DNA of 59,936 nt, the filler included, from Stramenopiles sp. TOSAG23-3 (Eukaryota), in the NCBI GenBank assembly GCA_900128585.1. It is 9 parts of 9 records of this genome, joined end to end, with 100 filler letters (N's around TTAATTAATTAA, not from the genome) between each part and the next. Parts side by side here need not be neighbours in the genome. Positions count along the whole stretch, not along the records: positions 14,766 to 22,021 come from LT643176.1; positions 22,122 to 29,372 come from LT643177.1; positions 29,473 to 36,722 come from LT643178.1; 6 more parts are not named here. One strand, written 5' to 3'. Both the position numbers and the translations under genes were made by a program. This document shows, one piece after another, positions 21,183 to 31,807 of the stretch (within the stretch, counting starts at the first letter, position 1; each line of letters begins with the position of its first letter). The notes beneath the pieces are model-generated. The model was not told where the DNA came from and did not search any database. It saw only the letters and a program-made list of their open reading frames with translations.

Positions 21183-21942
21183 GTTAAGGTGAATGTATTT
21201 TGTAAACTATAATAAAAATTATAGCTTTAGAATACATTTATTTCATACTATCTATATATCCTCGTAAACTCTCTACTATTTCCATATTAAAATTAAAATT
21301 AAAATTAATTTCAACTCAACTGTATCATCCATCCATATCATCTAAACCAATCTATAATATATATTATATACACTACACAACATAAGGTAGAAGAAAGATG
21401 AAAGGGAGAGTTGGGTGGTGGGAAGGAAGGAAGGAAGGAAGGAAGGTATAATAGTCTAGTCGTCTGTTCTATACGTATAGAAATATATTAGTCTATAATA
21501 GATTAGTTCCTTGTTTAAACTATTTCATAGTGGTTCTATATAATAGTCTAGTAGTTAATTATTTAATAAAGCTGGTGGATGGTTGGATTCTAATAATAAA
21601 TACCACATAATAATGTACAATATGTAGTTCTATTTTAAATAATGAAACATTGCTTATTTGGTCTTTCTTTTCTTTCTTCTTTCCAGTTTCCAGCACCTCT
21701 TGAAGAAAAAAAGAGAAAAGTGGAAAGTGGGACGCCAATCATCAAAATTTGAATTTGACTTGGACTCAGTCTTTTTAAAGTTAAAGTTATTTCAGAAAGA
21801 AAATAGTCTCTAATAATATAGGATAATAAAAAACAATAGCACCCCTTTTAGAATACTAATTAGACTACTTAAAAGGAAGTAACGGAATTTTATATAAATA
21901 TATTAAAACAACAACAAACAAATTAACACAACACTGTGAAAA

Positions 21943-21952
21943 AAAGAAGAAA

Positions 21953-22021
<69 letters not shown>
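21943..22021. repeat. (AAAG)n microsatellite at contig end
   Basis: Direct reading. Confidence 0.9.
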
Positions 22022-22121
22022 NNNNNNNNNNNNNNNNNNNNNNNNNNNNNNNNNNNNNNNNNNNNTTAATTAATTAANNNNNNNNNNNNNNNNNNNNNNN
22101 NNNNNNNNNNNNNNNNNNNNN
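22022..22121. other. Artificial contig linker
   Basis: N44-TTAATTAATTAA-N44. Confidence 0.98.
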
Positions 22122-22219
22122 TTGTTGAAGAAGTTTTGGCTTCTAAAGGTATTAGCGTATAGATAGTGACTACAATAGAGCAGGTGTGTGCGGAAGCTAT
22201 CATCAAGTACCAAACACAT

Positions 22220-22334
22220 TATACTAAACCAACCTATCCTCAAGCATTCCGACAGGCCAGATGAATAGTGTATATGTTGTGTGCTACCTGAGGTAGTAGT
22301 TGGACAACGGCCCAAACAGTACCAAATATCCATA
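22220..22334 (+). repeat. Diverged direct repeat R1, copy a
   Basis: Shares the blocks TATACTAAAC, ACAGGCCAGA, GTATATGTTGTGTGCTAC and ACGGCCCAAACAGTACC with 23596-23727. Confidence 0.85.
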
Positions 22335-22360
22335 ACAAATCAAATAGGGAAGTTGCAAAT

Positions 22361-22477
22361 CCAGGATCCCCACAGGCCAACGAAGGGATGCTAGATTTTG
22401 TCTTTTCCTATTATATTTAGTTGGGGGTAATTGTAGTGTAAGGAGGATGTCGTCGTCATCATATTTTAGTACGCTTT
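22361..22477 (+). repeat. Diverged direct repeat R2, copy a
   Basis: Shares the blocks ATCCCCACAG..GGATGCT..TATTTAGT..AGTGTAA..ATCATATTTTA.TACGCTTT with 27647-27757. Confidence 0.8.
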
Positions 22478-22620
22478 GTGCTTCCTGTTGATCGTGTTTA
22501 ACACCTATGATGTCAGATATCCAGGATACTGTGTAGAGTAGTAGAGTGTCGACATTATACTATTGTAGATGATATTGGGAGGAGTATAGTGTTAATAGAT
22601 ACAGAGCCTGTTTACGTTAT

Positions 22621-22936
22621 AACCTTCTTCGTAAAAAACTCCCGCCATGCTAACCCCATCCTACCGGTCCTGATCTTCATCTTATTATTATTATTAAGTG
22701 CTATAAATATTAGTGGCTATTAAATTATTTATTTGTAATTATGGGCTGCTGGTGGCTGGTGGGCACCACTAAAAAAAAAAGAAGAAAAATATAATATTTA
22801 AAAAAAATAATAATACCATCAATTCGAAATATAATAATTCATTTAATGCTGGAACGAAATTAGCACCGAAACAGCATTACAACCTTCTTCGTAAAACTCC
22901 CACCATGCTACCCCATGCTAACTCTCCTCATCTTCA
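22621..22936 (+). repeat. Two roughly 58-bp direct repeats, R3 (22621-22679 and 22881-22936)
   Basis: Both read AACCTTCTTCGTAAAA..CTCCC.CCATGCTA..CCCCAT..TCCT.ATCTTCA. Confidence 0.85.
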
Positions 22937-23595
22937 CGGCAGAAATAGGTACTAAAGATCAGTTTATACTTGAGCGTAGTCTTTTGTATGATTTGTCTAT
23001 TTCTTTCTACTTTAGTTGGCACCAACATGCCAAAAATTGGGTTTTAATTATCGGAGTACCATTTATCTATGGTGTCCAGTGTTGCGATATCACGGTGTGA
23101 GATCTGGGAATTAAGGGACGGCGGCTGGTAGCTGACAACGTTCCTCCAATTTAGTACAAACTAATACGAAATAGCAAATGTGCTGTACGGTGTATTAATT
23201 TAATTGACTAATTTTTATCTAGATATAGATATAAGTTAGAGAATTCAACTGTTGAGTCGAATTACACTAAACACTTTCTTTTCGAACTACTTGAACTACC
23301 TGAACAGATATTCTATCGAAGTTTCTTTCTTTTTAATAGAATAGTCTGTGAAGAGGCATCACGTCACAACAAACTGCTCTTTATCAACAACGACAACAAT
23401 AATTTAGTTTCAACAATCGTTATTTGAATCTAGAAGGGTCACAGCGTTATAGCTTCTTTTCTTCTTCTTTTTCTTTTATAACGACAATTTCGAATTTCCA
23501 TTACTGCAGGACACTTATAGTGACTTAAAATGTCACGTTGTTCCTTAAGTCGCCTCTGTCAACTCCATTATCGTAACATCCAGCACCAATAATAG

Positions 23596-23727
23596 TATAC
23601 TAAACATACCTATCATCCAGCATTCCCACAGGCCAGAAGAATAGAGAGTATATGTTGTGTGCTACTTAAAGTAGTAAGTAGTATGGGGAAAGAGTGATCA
23701 CGGCCCAAACAGTACCGAACATCCATA
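23596..23727 (+). repeat. Diverged direct repeat R1, copy b
   Basis: Homologous to 22220-22334. Confidence 0.85.
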
Positions 23728-24083
23728 CCATACCATCATTGTTGCGGTATAATATTCAAACAAGTGTCATCAAAAACTTGTTGACGATGCCCAACTTTGA
23801 GACCATTTTTCACGCAGTATGGACACAGTATTAATGAATTAATCAACTTGGATATAATTTTTTTTTAAAATGAAGTTAATAAAAAAATAGGCACAATAGG
23901 GAAGGACACATGTGCAAAAGAGAAACGGCAGTTCTAGTGTAGCACACCGACTAGTAGTAAAAGGAGTAGTCCGTTGTTTTTCATAAAACCACTACAATTG
24001 CGGGAAAAAATGTTACAATTATCCCCTGTAAAAAAATATCTCAGCAAAGAAGTAATCAGAAATAAATTGCAACAAAGAAAACA

Positions 24084-26639
24084 ATGAAACTACTATTTGT
24101 TCTGGTGTGCACTTACTTGAGCAGGTTGGCCACTGCAGGGAAACTATCAAGCGCCTCGTTGAAAGCTGATAACGTTGACACTGGTGAGATACCAAAAAAA
24201 ATTACCTTTGGCGCTACGGTTGCCACTCCTTTGACAAATGGTGATTGGATCAACGTGGTAGCGTGGAATACGAAAAGCCGTGCTGGTATTTTCAAACTTC
24301 AAACCCGACCCTTTGCGGTCACTATTGAAAGTGGAGCCACCAACTGCCGGGCTACGGCAACAACAAACAGGGGCCCCCTTTGGGTGATCCAGCACGCCTC
24401 GACTGTACATGTAAAACTCGCTAATAATGGTGGTGTTTGCGCTATTTCTGGTGCATTCTCAATGTCAATTACTGATAACATTAACCAAAACGCTAAAAAG
24501 CCAGACGAAGTCGTGTTTAATATGGAAACATCAAAAGATCGTCAAAAGACGGCTACTGTCGTTGCTTACAAGGTTGAACCACCGAAAGTATCTCCTATCC
24601 TCCTCGTACTACCTATTATAGTTTGGTTGTTTACCGCTACCCTTGTTGCTGTGATTGCTGTTATTGTGAAGAAAAATGAAAAACTTGAAAGCAACGCCGA
24701 AATTCACGAGCAACAAACGGATCCAAAACAAATAATCAGTAACACTAATTATACATGGTACGACAATACAGGGTTGATAACGCAAAAGTGTAAACTGTTG
24801 ATTGGTCGTAACGGCAAGATTGAAGAAGTACGCGATGACCTTCCCAATCGCTGGTGTCGCTGCTGTAGATGTAGCTTCCCAATATCTTTTGGTCGAGTGT
24901 TTCATGCCGCTGATGTGAAGCTTGTGCAGACAACAGTGCAGTTGCCGTTCAATTGTTTTGTCTGCTGCGGCGAGAAAATTGCGTGGACATTGCAAAAATA
25001 TTTTATGGTAAGTACCTTGTCCATAAACTTTCTTCGCAAGTAACACAAAACTAACAAATATTTTCTTAAATATGTGCAGTGGGGAACCCTCGGAATCGTT
25101 GGTCTTCATCGTTTTGCGTTATTACCAATGCCATTGAAACGGTCCTCGTGGATTATGATAGGGTTAGAAGCAGGTCTTGGTGGAGCTTTTCTCGCAGTCG
25201 GGGGAAGAATTCCTGGACTAGGGGTCGCGTTAATCTTATGGCTAATTGATGGATTCCTAATGTACTTCTGGGAACCCATATGGACAGTGCGAATTCATTT
25301 GTGCGTACAAAATGTGTCATTTCTGTCCACAAATCATGAAATTATTGAAGTGCCCCTTCAGAGGGAAGCTGCGTTGCAGTTGCGGAAAGACTTATACGAT
25401 TGTATGAAACCATATTGTACACGATTCCAAAGTCTACCTGCTGCAAATGAGCTAGAAACATTTGTCCACCCTCCATTGAAATTTAAGAACAAGAGCATCA
25501 GCATCGGGCAGCACCACGTAACAGCAGCATTCGAAAGCAAGACTTACAAAGACTATAACGATATATTCATGTCAAAAATAAGTATGTTGACCTACGATTT
25601 GCCACCAGAATATCCTTTTTGGTACATTGTAAGTGGCTGGTGTCCACCCTGGGGGTTTTGTGGGGTCCATCGCGATTTCATGAAATCCGGTACTTGGCAG
25701 GAAAGGTGTCTATTCGGTTTCACTCTCGGGTACTGTCTCCTCGGGTGGTGCAACGATGCTCGCGCTTTGTTCGGCAAGAACAATTGGTTAAAAAAGAAGG
25801 GGTCGATTGCTTTGAACTTTCCCTACTCCTATTTTTATACAAGAGTGAAAACGAAAGAAGATGCGTATACTTTCTTTCAAAATTTATCCTCCCAAATTAA
25901 TTTGAACGTTGCGGACGAGAGACAAGTTCCAGCTAAAGTCTTTAAGCACCGAAAGAGATATTGGAAGGACTGTTGCGAGTACGTATTCGATTGTTGTTTC
26001 AAAAAAGCATATGACGATCATTCCACGATTATCAATAGAGATAACGTAGTTTTGACTAAAACCGCTTCAAGATTTGAGGAACTATGCGTTCCTATAAGCC
26101 CGTGCTTCCCCATTTGTTGGTTGTTTTCCTGTTGTTTTAAGATCAAAAAAACGAAAGAAGACACAAGTATGCTGTTTCTAAAAAACGTGAACAAATTGGA
26201 AACACGACAGGAAGATATATGTTGTCCTTGCCTTCCTTGCTGTTGTAACCAGGACGAAATTGAAAATTACATTCATTTTCCACATACGGAACAAACAGCT
26301 TACTTCTCTAACAGGGAAGACGTAACAGAAGCGGAGGCCTTGTTGACGAGTTACGCATCGAGACCAAAAGCCGGCAATGCTGTCTTTCAGCCCGCCGTGC
26401 AGGTTGTTCAGCTTCCAGTGTTTCCAGTGTATCAACTCCAGGGCCTTCAATTCCAAACAACGCTTCCTGGAATCGACACGGGGTTGGAGAAGGACAATGG
26501 TTTATCAGTGCAACCACAAGCGACAATGCAGCCACAAGTGGTAATGCAAGGGGGGTTGGCAACTCCAGGGGTGCAAATGATGGCAACTCCGGGGGTGCAA
26601 GCGGCAAATACATACACTGTTGTTGATGTAAAAGAATAG
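24084..26639 (+). CDS. Two-exon membrane protein, join(24084..25007,25080..26639), 827 aa: signal peptide, ectodomain, TM, two TM2-like motifs, Cys clusters and a Gln/Pro tail
   Basis: A phase-0 intron joins the two ORFs in frame. TM2-like motifs are GIVGLHRF..LILWLIDG and GFCGVHRDF..FTLGYCLLGWCND. Confidence 0.85.
25008..25079 (+). other. 72-nt spliceosomal intron
   Basis: GTAAGT donor, CTAAC branch site at 25051 and GTGCAG acceptor. Removal deletes the stop and restores the frame. Confidence 0.9.
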
Positions 26640-26883
26640 TACAGCCTCTCTATCCATACCGGTTAGTCGTCTACTATTAAAATACTATGTCTGAGGGAAT
26701 TTGGAATCTAAGAAGTACAAATCCTATACACGGTTGGGGAATTTCGGCCATTCACATGTAAAATCTCAAAAAATGTCAGCATGCCAACCCCTGCATTTTT
26801 TTCCCGTTTCCCGCAAATTATTTTCTATAAAATGTAGATTAATAAACAAATAAAATATTTAAACTCTATAATAACAATATTTT

Positions 26884-27275
26884 TGGTTCAGCTAATTTGA
26901 CAATTTCTCTATATAAGAAACAAGTGAACCTTGAAATATATAAAAAAGTTGGGAGTAAATGATAATAGGAGCTGAATTTTTTTGCTCCAAAAAGTTGCTG
27001 CAGTTCTTTACTTTCATGAACACCATAAAAAAGTTGGGAGCAAATGATTATAGTGTGGTATCAATTTTTGCTCCAAAAATCTGGTTCAGCTAATTTGACA
27101 TTCCTCTTAAAGAAATACGTGAACCTTATCTAAAAGTTTGGGAGGAAATGATTATAGGCGCCGTCGAATTTTGCTCCAAAAAGTTGCTGGAGTTTCACCA
27201 CCTCTATAATAATAAATAAGAGTTTTTGGGAGGAAATGATTATATTGGGCTGCTGATGTTTTGCTCCAAAAATCT
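26884..27275. repeat. Array of four imperfect palindromes, arranged as a duplicated dimer of about 198 bp
   Basis: Units TTGGGAG.AAATGAT.ATA-(variable)-TTTTGCTCCAAAAA at about 26948, 27033, 27137 and 27225. TGGTTCAGCTAATTTGACA precedes each dimer (26884, 27082). Confidence 0.9.
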
Positions 27276-27646
27276 AGTCGGCATGGTGTATATAATACTA
27301 ATTATAACAACAAATAACCTAACTTGAACACATACTCAACCCTCAAAACTTAATTTTTTTGTGCCATTTATTGCGTCTTCTAGCACGGGAGAAATAAAAT
27401 AAATACTATATAGTATAACAGGCAATAAACATCTTGCTAAACACTTTAGTAATTACTAAATCTCCACCAGGTAATAGCATCATACATGGAATAGCACTGA
27501 TTACTAAACTTCCACCATGGGGTTAACATTGGGATAAAATAGAGGGAATAACGACGAAATGAAGTGAAAATGGTGAGTAGTTAGTTTTTGGTAATTTGGT
27601 AGTGGAAATGGGGAATGTTTGAGCATCCCCACAGGTTAACAGGTTT

Positions 27647-27757
27647 CCAGCATCCCCACAGCTTAAAACGCGGATGCTGTTCGGTGTTTTGCCTAGTGTA
27701 TTTAGTACAGGATTGCACAGTGTAAAGTAGTGATAGGATCATATTTTATTACGCTTT
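27647..27757 (+). repeat. Diverged direct repeat R2, copy b (with an AGCATCC..GGATGCT hairpin)
   Basis: Homologous to 22361-22477. An extra AGCATCCCCACAGG lies at 27622. Confidence 0.8.
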
Positions 27758-27986
27758 AGGTGTAGTGTTGAATGTATTTTTTCATTGCTGTGTGTTCTTA
27801 TGCGGTCGTAGGCCCTTTTTCTTTGTTTGGTGTGGAAAACTTTAGATTTATTATATTTTTCGTAGTTTTAGTCCTGTACGAGTTAGTAGTAATATATTGT
27901 TTCGTACGTCCCTTGGGTATTATTGCAGATTTACAGTAGTGCGCTGAGCTTCTGGTGCGTGGGTCATTTTTTGTTTTTAGTTTTTC

Positions 27987-29102
27987 TTATTTCTGATTCT
28001 TCTCGAGCAGTTTAGCTTTCATATGGACACAGAATTTCTTCCCACAATCCTTTCTGACATGTGTGCCTGCGAGCCAACCATCCTTCATCTCGTTCAATTT
28101 TCGTTCTTTCTCGTCTTCGACCACAAAAGGGTGCTCGCATATACGCCCTGCCCAAACTGCTGTTAGGCCAGGGTTTTTCCAGTGGCAATTGTCGCCAATG
28201 CTAACTTCGTGCCATTGCCGATTCCCCTTCTCATCTAACAGCGGACCTCTGACAGGGAACGTTTGTCCAGGCTTCAAAGAGTAAGGAACTCGAAACTTAA
28301 CGACGTAATGTGTACTTTTGTATTCTCTTGGCTTGTTCTTGTCCACTTTTCTTTTAGAGCCCCCCATAGCCTGGGACATCGCTTTATTCTCCGCAAAATT
28401 CTGGCCGGTTTGTGAGATATCTCCATTAGCAGCAGCTTCAATAAGGGCCCATAACAAATTGGGGTCTATCTTTTTGACCAGACCAAGGGCACCAGCGCCC
28501 ACACGTTTAGTCCCGCCCCAAGCGAAGTTCCAGCCATCAACAAGACGTTTCTGTATGAATGACTTCTTTTCATTTTCATCTCTTATTGCCGCCAATTCCT
28601 TTAGGGCCCTTGCGGCTTCGTTCCTGGCTTCGTTCTCTTCAGTAAACTTCTTGAATACTTCTTCGTTTGCTGGGGAAGATGCTTGTCCATCGTTAAACAA
28701 ATCGGCTTTAGATAGCTTTTCGGTTTCTACTAATCTATGTGGACCATGTGGGCTCCAACTTTTGTCCATGGCTTTAAACGTGGCTTTTGCAGGCATGTTT
28801 GGCGGTGGGGTCGGTACCGGGTCGTACCCGCAAATACCAGTATTGTGGCAAAAGCCACCACAACAGTAGTTTCCCTTCTCGGTTACCGGCCAAGTTCCAA
28901 AGCTCCCCCACGGCTTATTGCCATCCGTAGGACACTTCTCCCCTTCGGAAGCACAGTAATAGCCCAAACTGTTCCTCGGTGGGAGCGGGTGAATAAGAAA
29001 CTTATCGGGGTTGCCTGTTCGCCTCAAGCGTTCCGCTACGCCTGACGAAACTAGGCACAGGACCGTGAGCAACAGAACGGTGGCTGTTCCTTTATTGAAC
29101 AT
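27987..29102 (-). CDS. Secreted hypothetical protein with a small Cys-rich module
   Basis: 371 aa. Signal peptide, then ERLRR, then CASEGEKC..CCGGFCHNTGIC. Confidence 0.75.
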   Translation of the reverse strand: MFNKGTATVLLLTVLCLVSSGVAERLRRTGNPDKFLIHPLPPRNSLGYYCASEGEKCPTDGNKPWGSFGTWPVTEKGNYCCGGFCHNTGICGYDPVPTPPPNMPAKATFKAMDKSWSPHGPHRLVETEKLSKADLFNDGQASSPANEEVFKKFTEENEARNEAARALKELAAIRDENEKKSFIQKRLVDGWNFAWGGTKRVGAGALGLVKKIDPNLLWALIEAAANGDISQTGQNFAENKAMSQAMGGSKRKVDKNKPREYKSTHYVVKFRVPYSLKPGQTFPVRGPLLDEKGNRQWHEVSIGDNCHWKNPGLTAVWAGRICEHPFVVEDEKERKLNEMKDGWLAGTHVRKDCGKKFCVHMKAKLLEKNQK

Positions 29103-29372
29103 CGTTGAAAGTTGTGAGTTAAAACGTTTTTTCTTTCTTTTTTTCGTGCATTACATATGTGATCTATAACGGGGTGGAATTGTTGTATTTAAACAAAAAA
29201 AATCACTTTTCCCTCGCTTTGCCAACTTTGAACGCCCTTTGGAAAGTGCTTTTTAACACAAAATGCTTCTATCTTTCTTAACGTGTTGTGCCTTTTTTGT
29301 TGCTATTGAGGAAGTAAATTTTAAAACAATTTTCAATGCTGTGTTTATCTAATAACACTTGGATAAATTGTA

Positions 29373-29472
29373 NNNNNNNNNNNNNNNNNNNNNNNNNNNN
29401 NNNNNNNNNNNNNNNNTTAATTAATTAANNNNNNNNNNNNNNNNNNNNNNNNNNNNNNNNNNNNNNNNNNNN
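29373..29472. other. Artificial contig linker
   Basis: N44-TTAATTAATTAA-N44. Confidence 0.98.
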
Positions 29473-29780
29473 AAAAGAAAAAGAAGACGAAAGAAGGAAA
29501 GAAGAAGACGAAAGAAGAATTATTATTTTTTATTTTATTATATTATTAGACTATATATAATTTGAATTTTTTGAATTATAAAGAATCATTTGGATAATTA
29601 TTATACCTCATATATATAAAGTTTAACCATTTCATCGTTTCTTCTTCACATGGTTTTAAGTTCTTCCACGGTTGTTGCGGCTGTTTTGTTTGTTTATTTC
29701 TCTGTCGGCGTTGAAGTTTTTGTATACGTTTGTATAGGAACCGGGGGGGGTGGTGTTGGACTATACTACTGGAAAAACCA

Positions 29781-31313
29781 ATGGCAGCCTTAAGCCGCCA
29801 TCGTCGGGATAGGGAACTTGCGCGAGTGAGAATGGAAAGGGTGAGGCAGAGGCGAGAAGAAAGGCGACGCTCAGAAGTCATGGAAGAGGAGATGAGGTGG
29901 GCGGCAAAGTGTCGGTCCGAGTCCGAGACAAGCGGGGAAAGGGAAAGCCCCCTAGGGTGGGAGGGCAAAGTAAGCCAGGAGCAGTGGCACAGGCCGTCCG
30001 AAAGAATGAAGACCCTGCTGCAAATAGCCCAGTCCGTGGACGACGACGAGAAAGCTCAGTCCACGGGAAATTTCACATCTTCGGACGAAAGAAGTGGCTC
30101 GGACAGTGCCTTAGATGTGGACCTCGCAGCGCTGGCGAAGCCTGCGGCCCCTGTTGCAGAGGAAAATGACGTGCGCGCCGAGTTGCGCTCCCGCCTTGAA
30201 CAAATGAGGAAACTGAGGACTAACTCTTCGTCGAGGGAGCAGCACAAGAAGCCATCGACGGCAACGAAGAAAATAAAGCGGTCGCTAGAAAAAAACAGAG
30301 CTAGAAGGGACCCTTTGGAAGACGGTCGAAATTCCCCGGAGTGTGTCCCACGCCAGGAAAGCGAAGCCGATTCTCCTCCAGGGAGTCAAGTTAACACCAG
30401 CGTCGAACTGATGAGCATATCCGACGATGAGGTGGAGGAAGAAGTCAGCGTGGAGGGAAGGGCAAGGGCAGGCAGAGCAGTGTCCCCGCCAACCACACCA
30501 AAGCGAATTCGAGACGATCTTCGCGGTCGATTGGCAAGAATTAGAAGGCAGCGGTCCACACCGCGCCGCCGTAGAAGCAGTCCGTCCCCTACGTCGTCTA
30601 GGCGGCTGAGACGACAGCGATTTAGCGCGCCACCGGAGGCCCATCGCGGCAACAGCCATGAGTCCGATGAGGATCGACCGTTGGAACTAGCGCAAGGCAA
30701 TGTGGGCGCAACACTGCTTCGGGCAAGCTACAGAAACCACCCCGGTTCTGTGTACACAGTGTCGGTGCCGGTCGCGGCTCCAGATTCAGTAGGTGAATGT
30801 GCCGGCCCCGACATCCTCCTCAACGCCGAAGTGGTGGCCCAGGGGGGTGCTTTAGTCAGCAACGAGAACCTGAGTGCGGCGGTGGTTGCAGCCCCGGTAG
30901 TAGCAGTTGCCGCCCCTATTGCCCATGCAGTCAGGGTTCCCTCAACTGACATGTCCCGAAGCGTATACGGCGCGAGTGTTGACAACGGCCCAGAGCTACA
31001 CATAACAGGATGGTTGCACAAACTGAGCCACTTTTTCTTCAAGAAGGTATGGCGCAGGAGATTTTTTGTCTTTGACGTTCCCTCCAAGACACTCTTCGTG
31101 TGCAAAGACAGGTCACATTTTCATGCCGAAGGCTTTGGGTCGACCAAACGTTACTTCTTGGGAGAGCCGGGTATTACGTTGAAAGCCGTAGAAGGGGAAA
31201 CGCGGGGGCACGTATTTTCGATCTGCAAAGCCGAGGAGACTCTCCTGACGCTATCGGCGAGCTCAGCGTATGAAATGCAGCGATGGATGACTGCGCTTTT
31301 GTCGCCTGATTAA
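29781..31313 (+). CDS. Disordered Arg/Ser-rich protein with a C-terminal PH domain
   Basis: First ATG at 29781. PH signature ITGWLHKL..KVWRRRFFVF..LTLSASSAYEMQRWMTAL. Confidence 0.85.
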   Translation: MAALSRHRRDRELARVRMERVRQRREERRRSEVMEEEMRWAAKCRSESETSGERESPLGWEGKVSQEQWHRPSERMKTLLQIAQSVDDDEKAQSTGNFTSSDERSGSDSALDVDLAALAKPAAPVAEENDVRAELRSRLEQMRKLRTNSSSREQHKKPSTATKKIKRSLEKNRARRDPLEDGRNSPECVPRQESEADSPPGSQVNTSVELMSISDDEVEEEVSVEGRARAGRAVSPPTTPKRIRDDLRGRLARIRRQRSTPRRRRSSPSPTSSRRLRRQRFSAPPEAHRGNSHESDEDRPLELAQGNVGATLLRASYRNHPGSVYTVSVPVAAPDSVGECAGPDILLNAEVVAQGGALVSNENLSAAVVAAPVVAVAAPIAHAVRVPSTDMSRSVYGASVDNGPELHITGWLHKLSHFFFKKVWRRRFFVFDVPSKTLFVCKDRSHFHAEGFGSTKRYFLGEPGITLKAVEGETRGHVFSICKAEETLLTLSASSAYEMQRWMTALLSPD

Positions 31314-31547
31314 GTTAGGAAGAAGGAGGGAAGAAAAGGTGTGTGTGTGTATTGAAAGAACTGTGTGCAGGGTGTTTTTTAATTTAATCTGTCTCTTCAA
31401 ATCTAAGAAAACTCGCGTATATTTTGTGTCTTATTAAAGACTTTTGTATTTATTTACGCGCTAACCCTCTAAAACGGTATTTGGGTCAGGGTGAAGAATT
31501 ACTCGTAAGATATCGTGAAGACATGTCTTGGCATTTTTTAAATATTT

Positions 31548-31763
31548 TTTTTTTCAAATGCCGATTCGGACCACGCATGAAGTACATCTGAGCATGATAA
31601 TCAAGACTAAGTGACATGGGTATATTGATTAGTAAATCAACAAGAGTAGAGATATGTTCGTCGTACATGAAGGACAAAAGGAGCAGATTCATTTTCGCGG
31701 TACATGAGGAAGATTTATTTTAATTACTTAAATAACAGCCAATTTTTTGTTTTTTTCAAATGC
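31548..31763 (-). repeat. Dispersed element, copy C (longest; bounded by the 14-bp direct repeat TTTTTTTCAAATGC)
   Basis: 31674-31756 matches copy B. The direct repeats are at 31548-31561 and 31750-31763. Internal CATGT motifs recur. Confidence 0.8.
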
Positions 31764-31807
31764 AAGCGGTGAGGCACTATGGTGCCTAAATATTTGTGCA
31801 TTTTTTC

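Noticed and set aside
26782-26793. TGCCAACCCCTG as a hAT-like terminal inverted repeat
   Set aside because: No convincing partner TIR or 8-bp target-site duplication was found.
26884-27275. CRISPR array, integron attC array or canonical box C/D snoRNA cluster
   Set aside because: The context is eukaryotic with no cas or integrase gene, and the spacers between units are themselves duplicated. The C-to-D distance is far too short and CTGA is missing in two units. Kept as an unexplained array.
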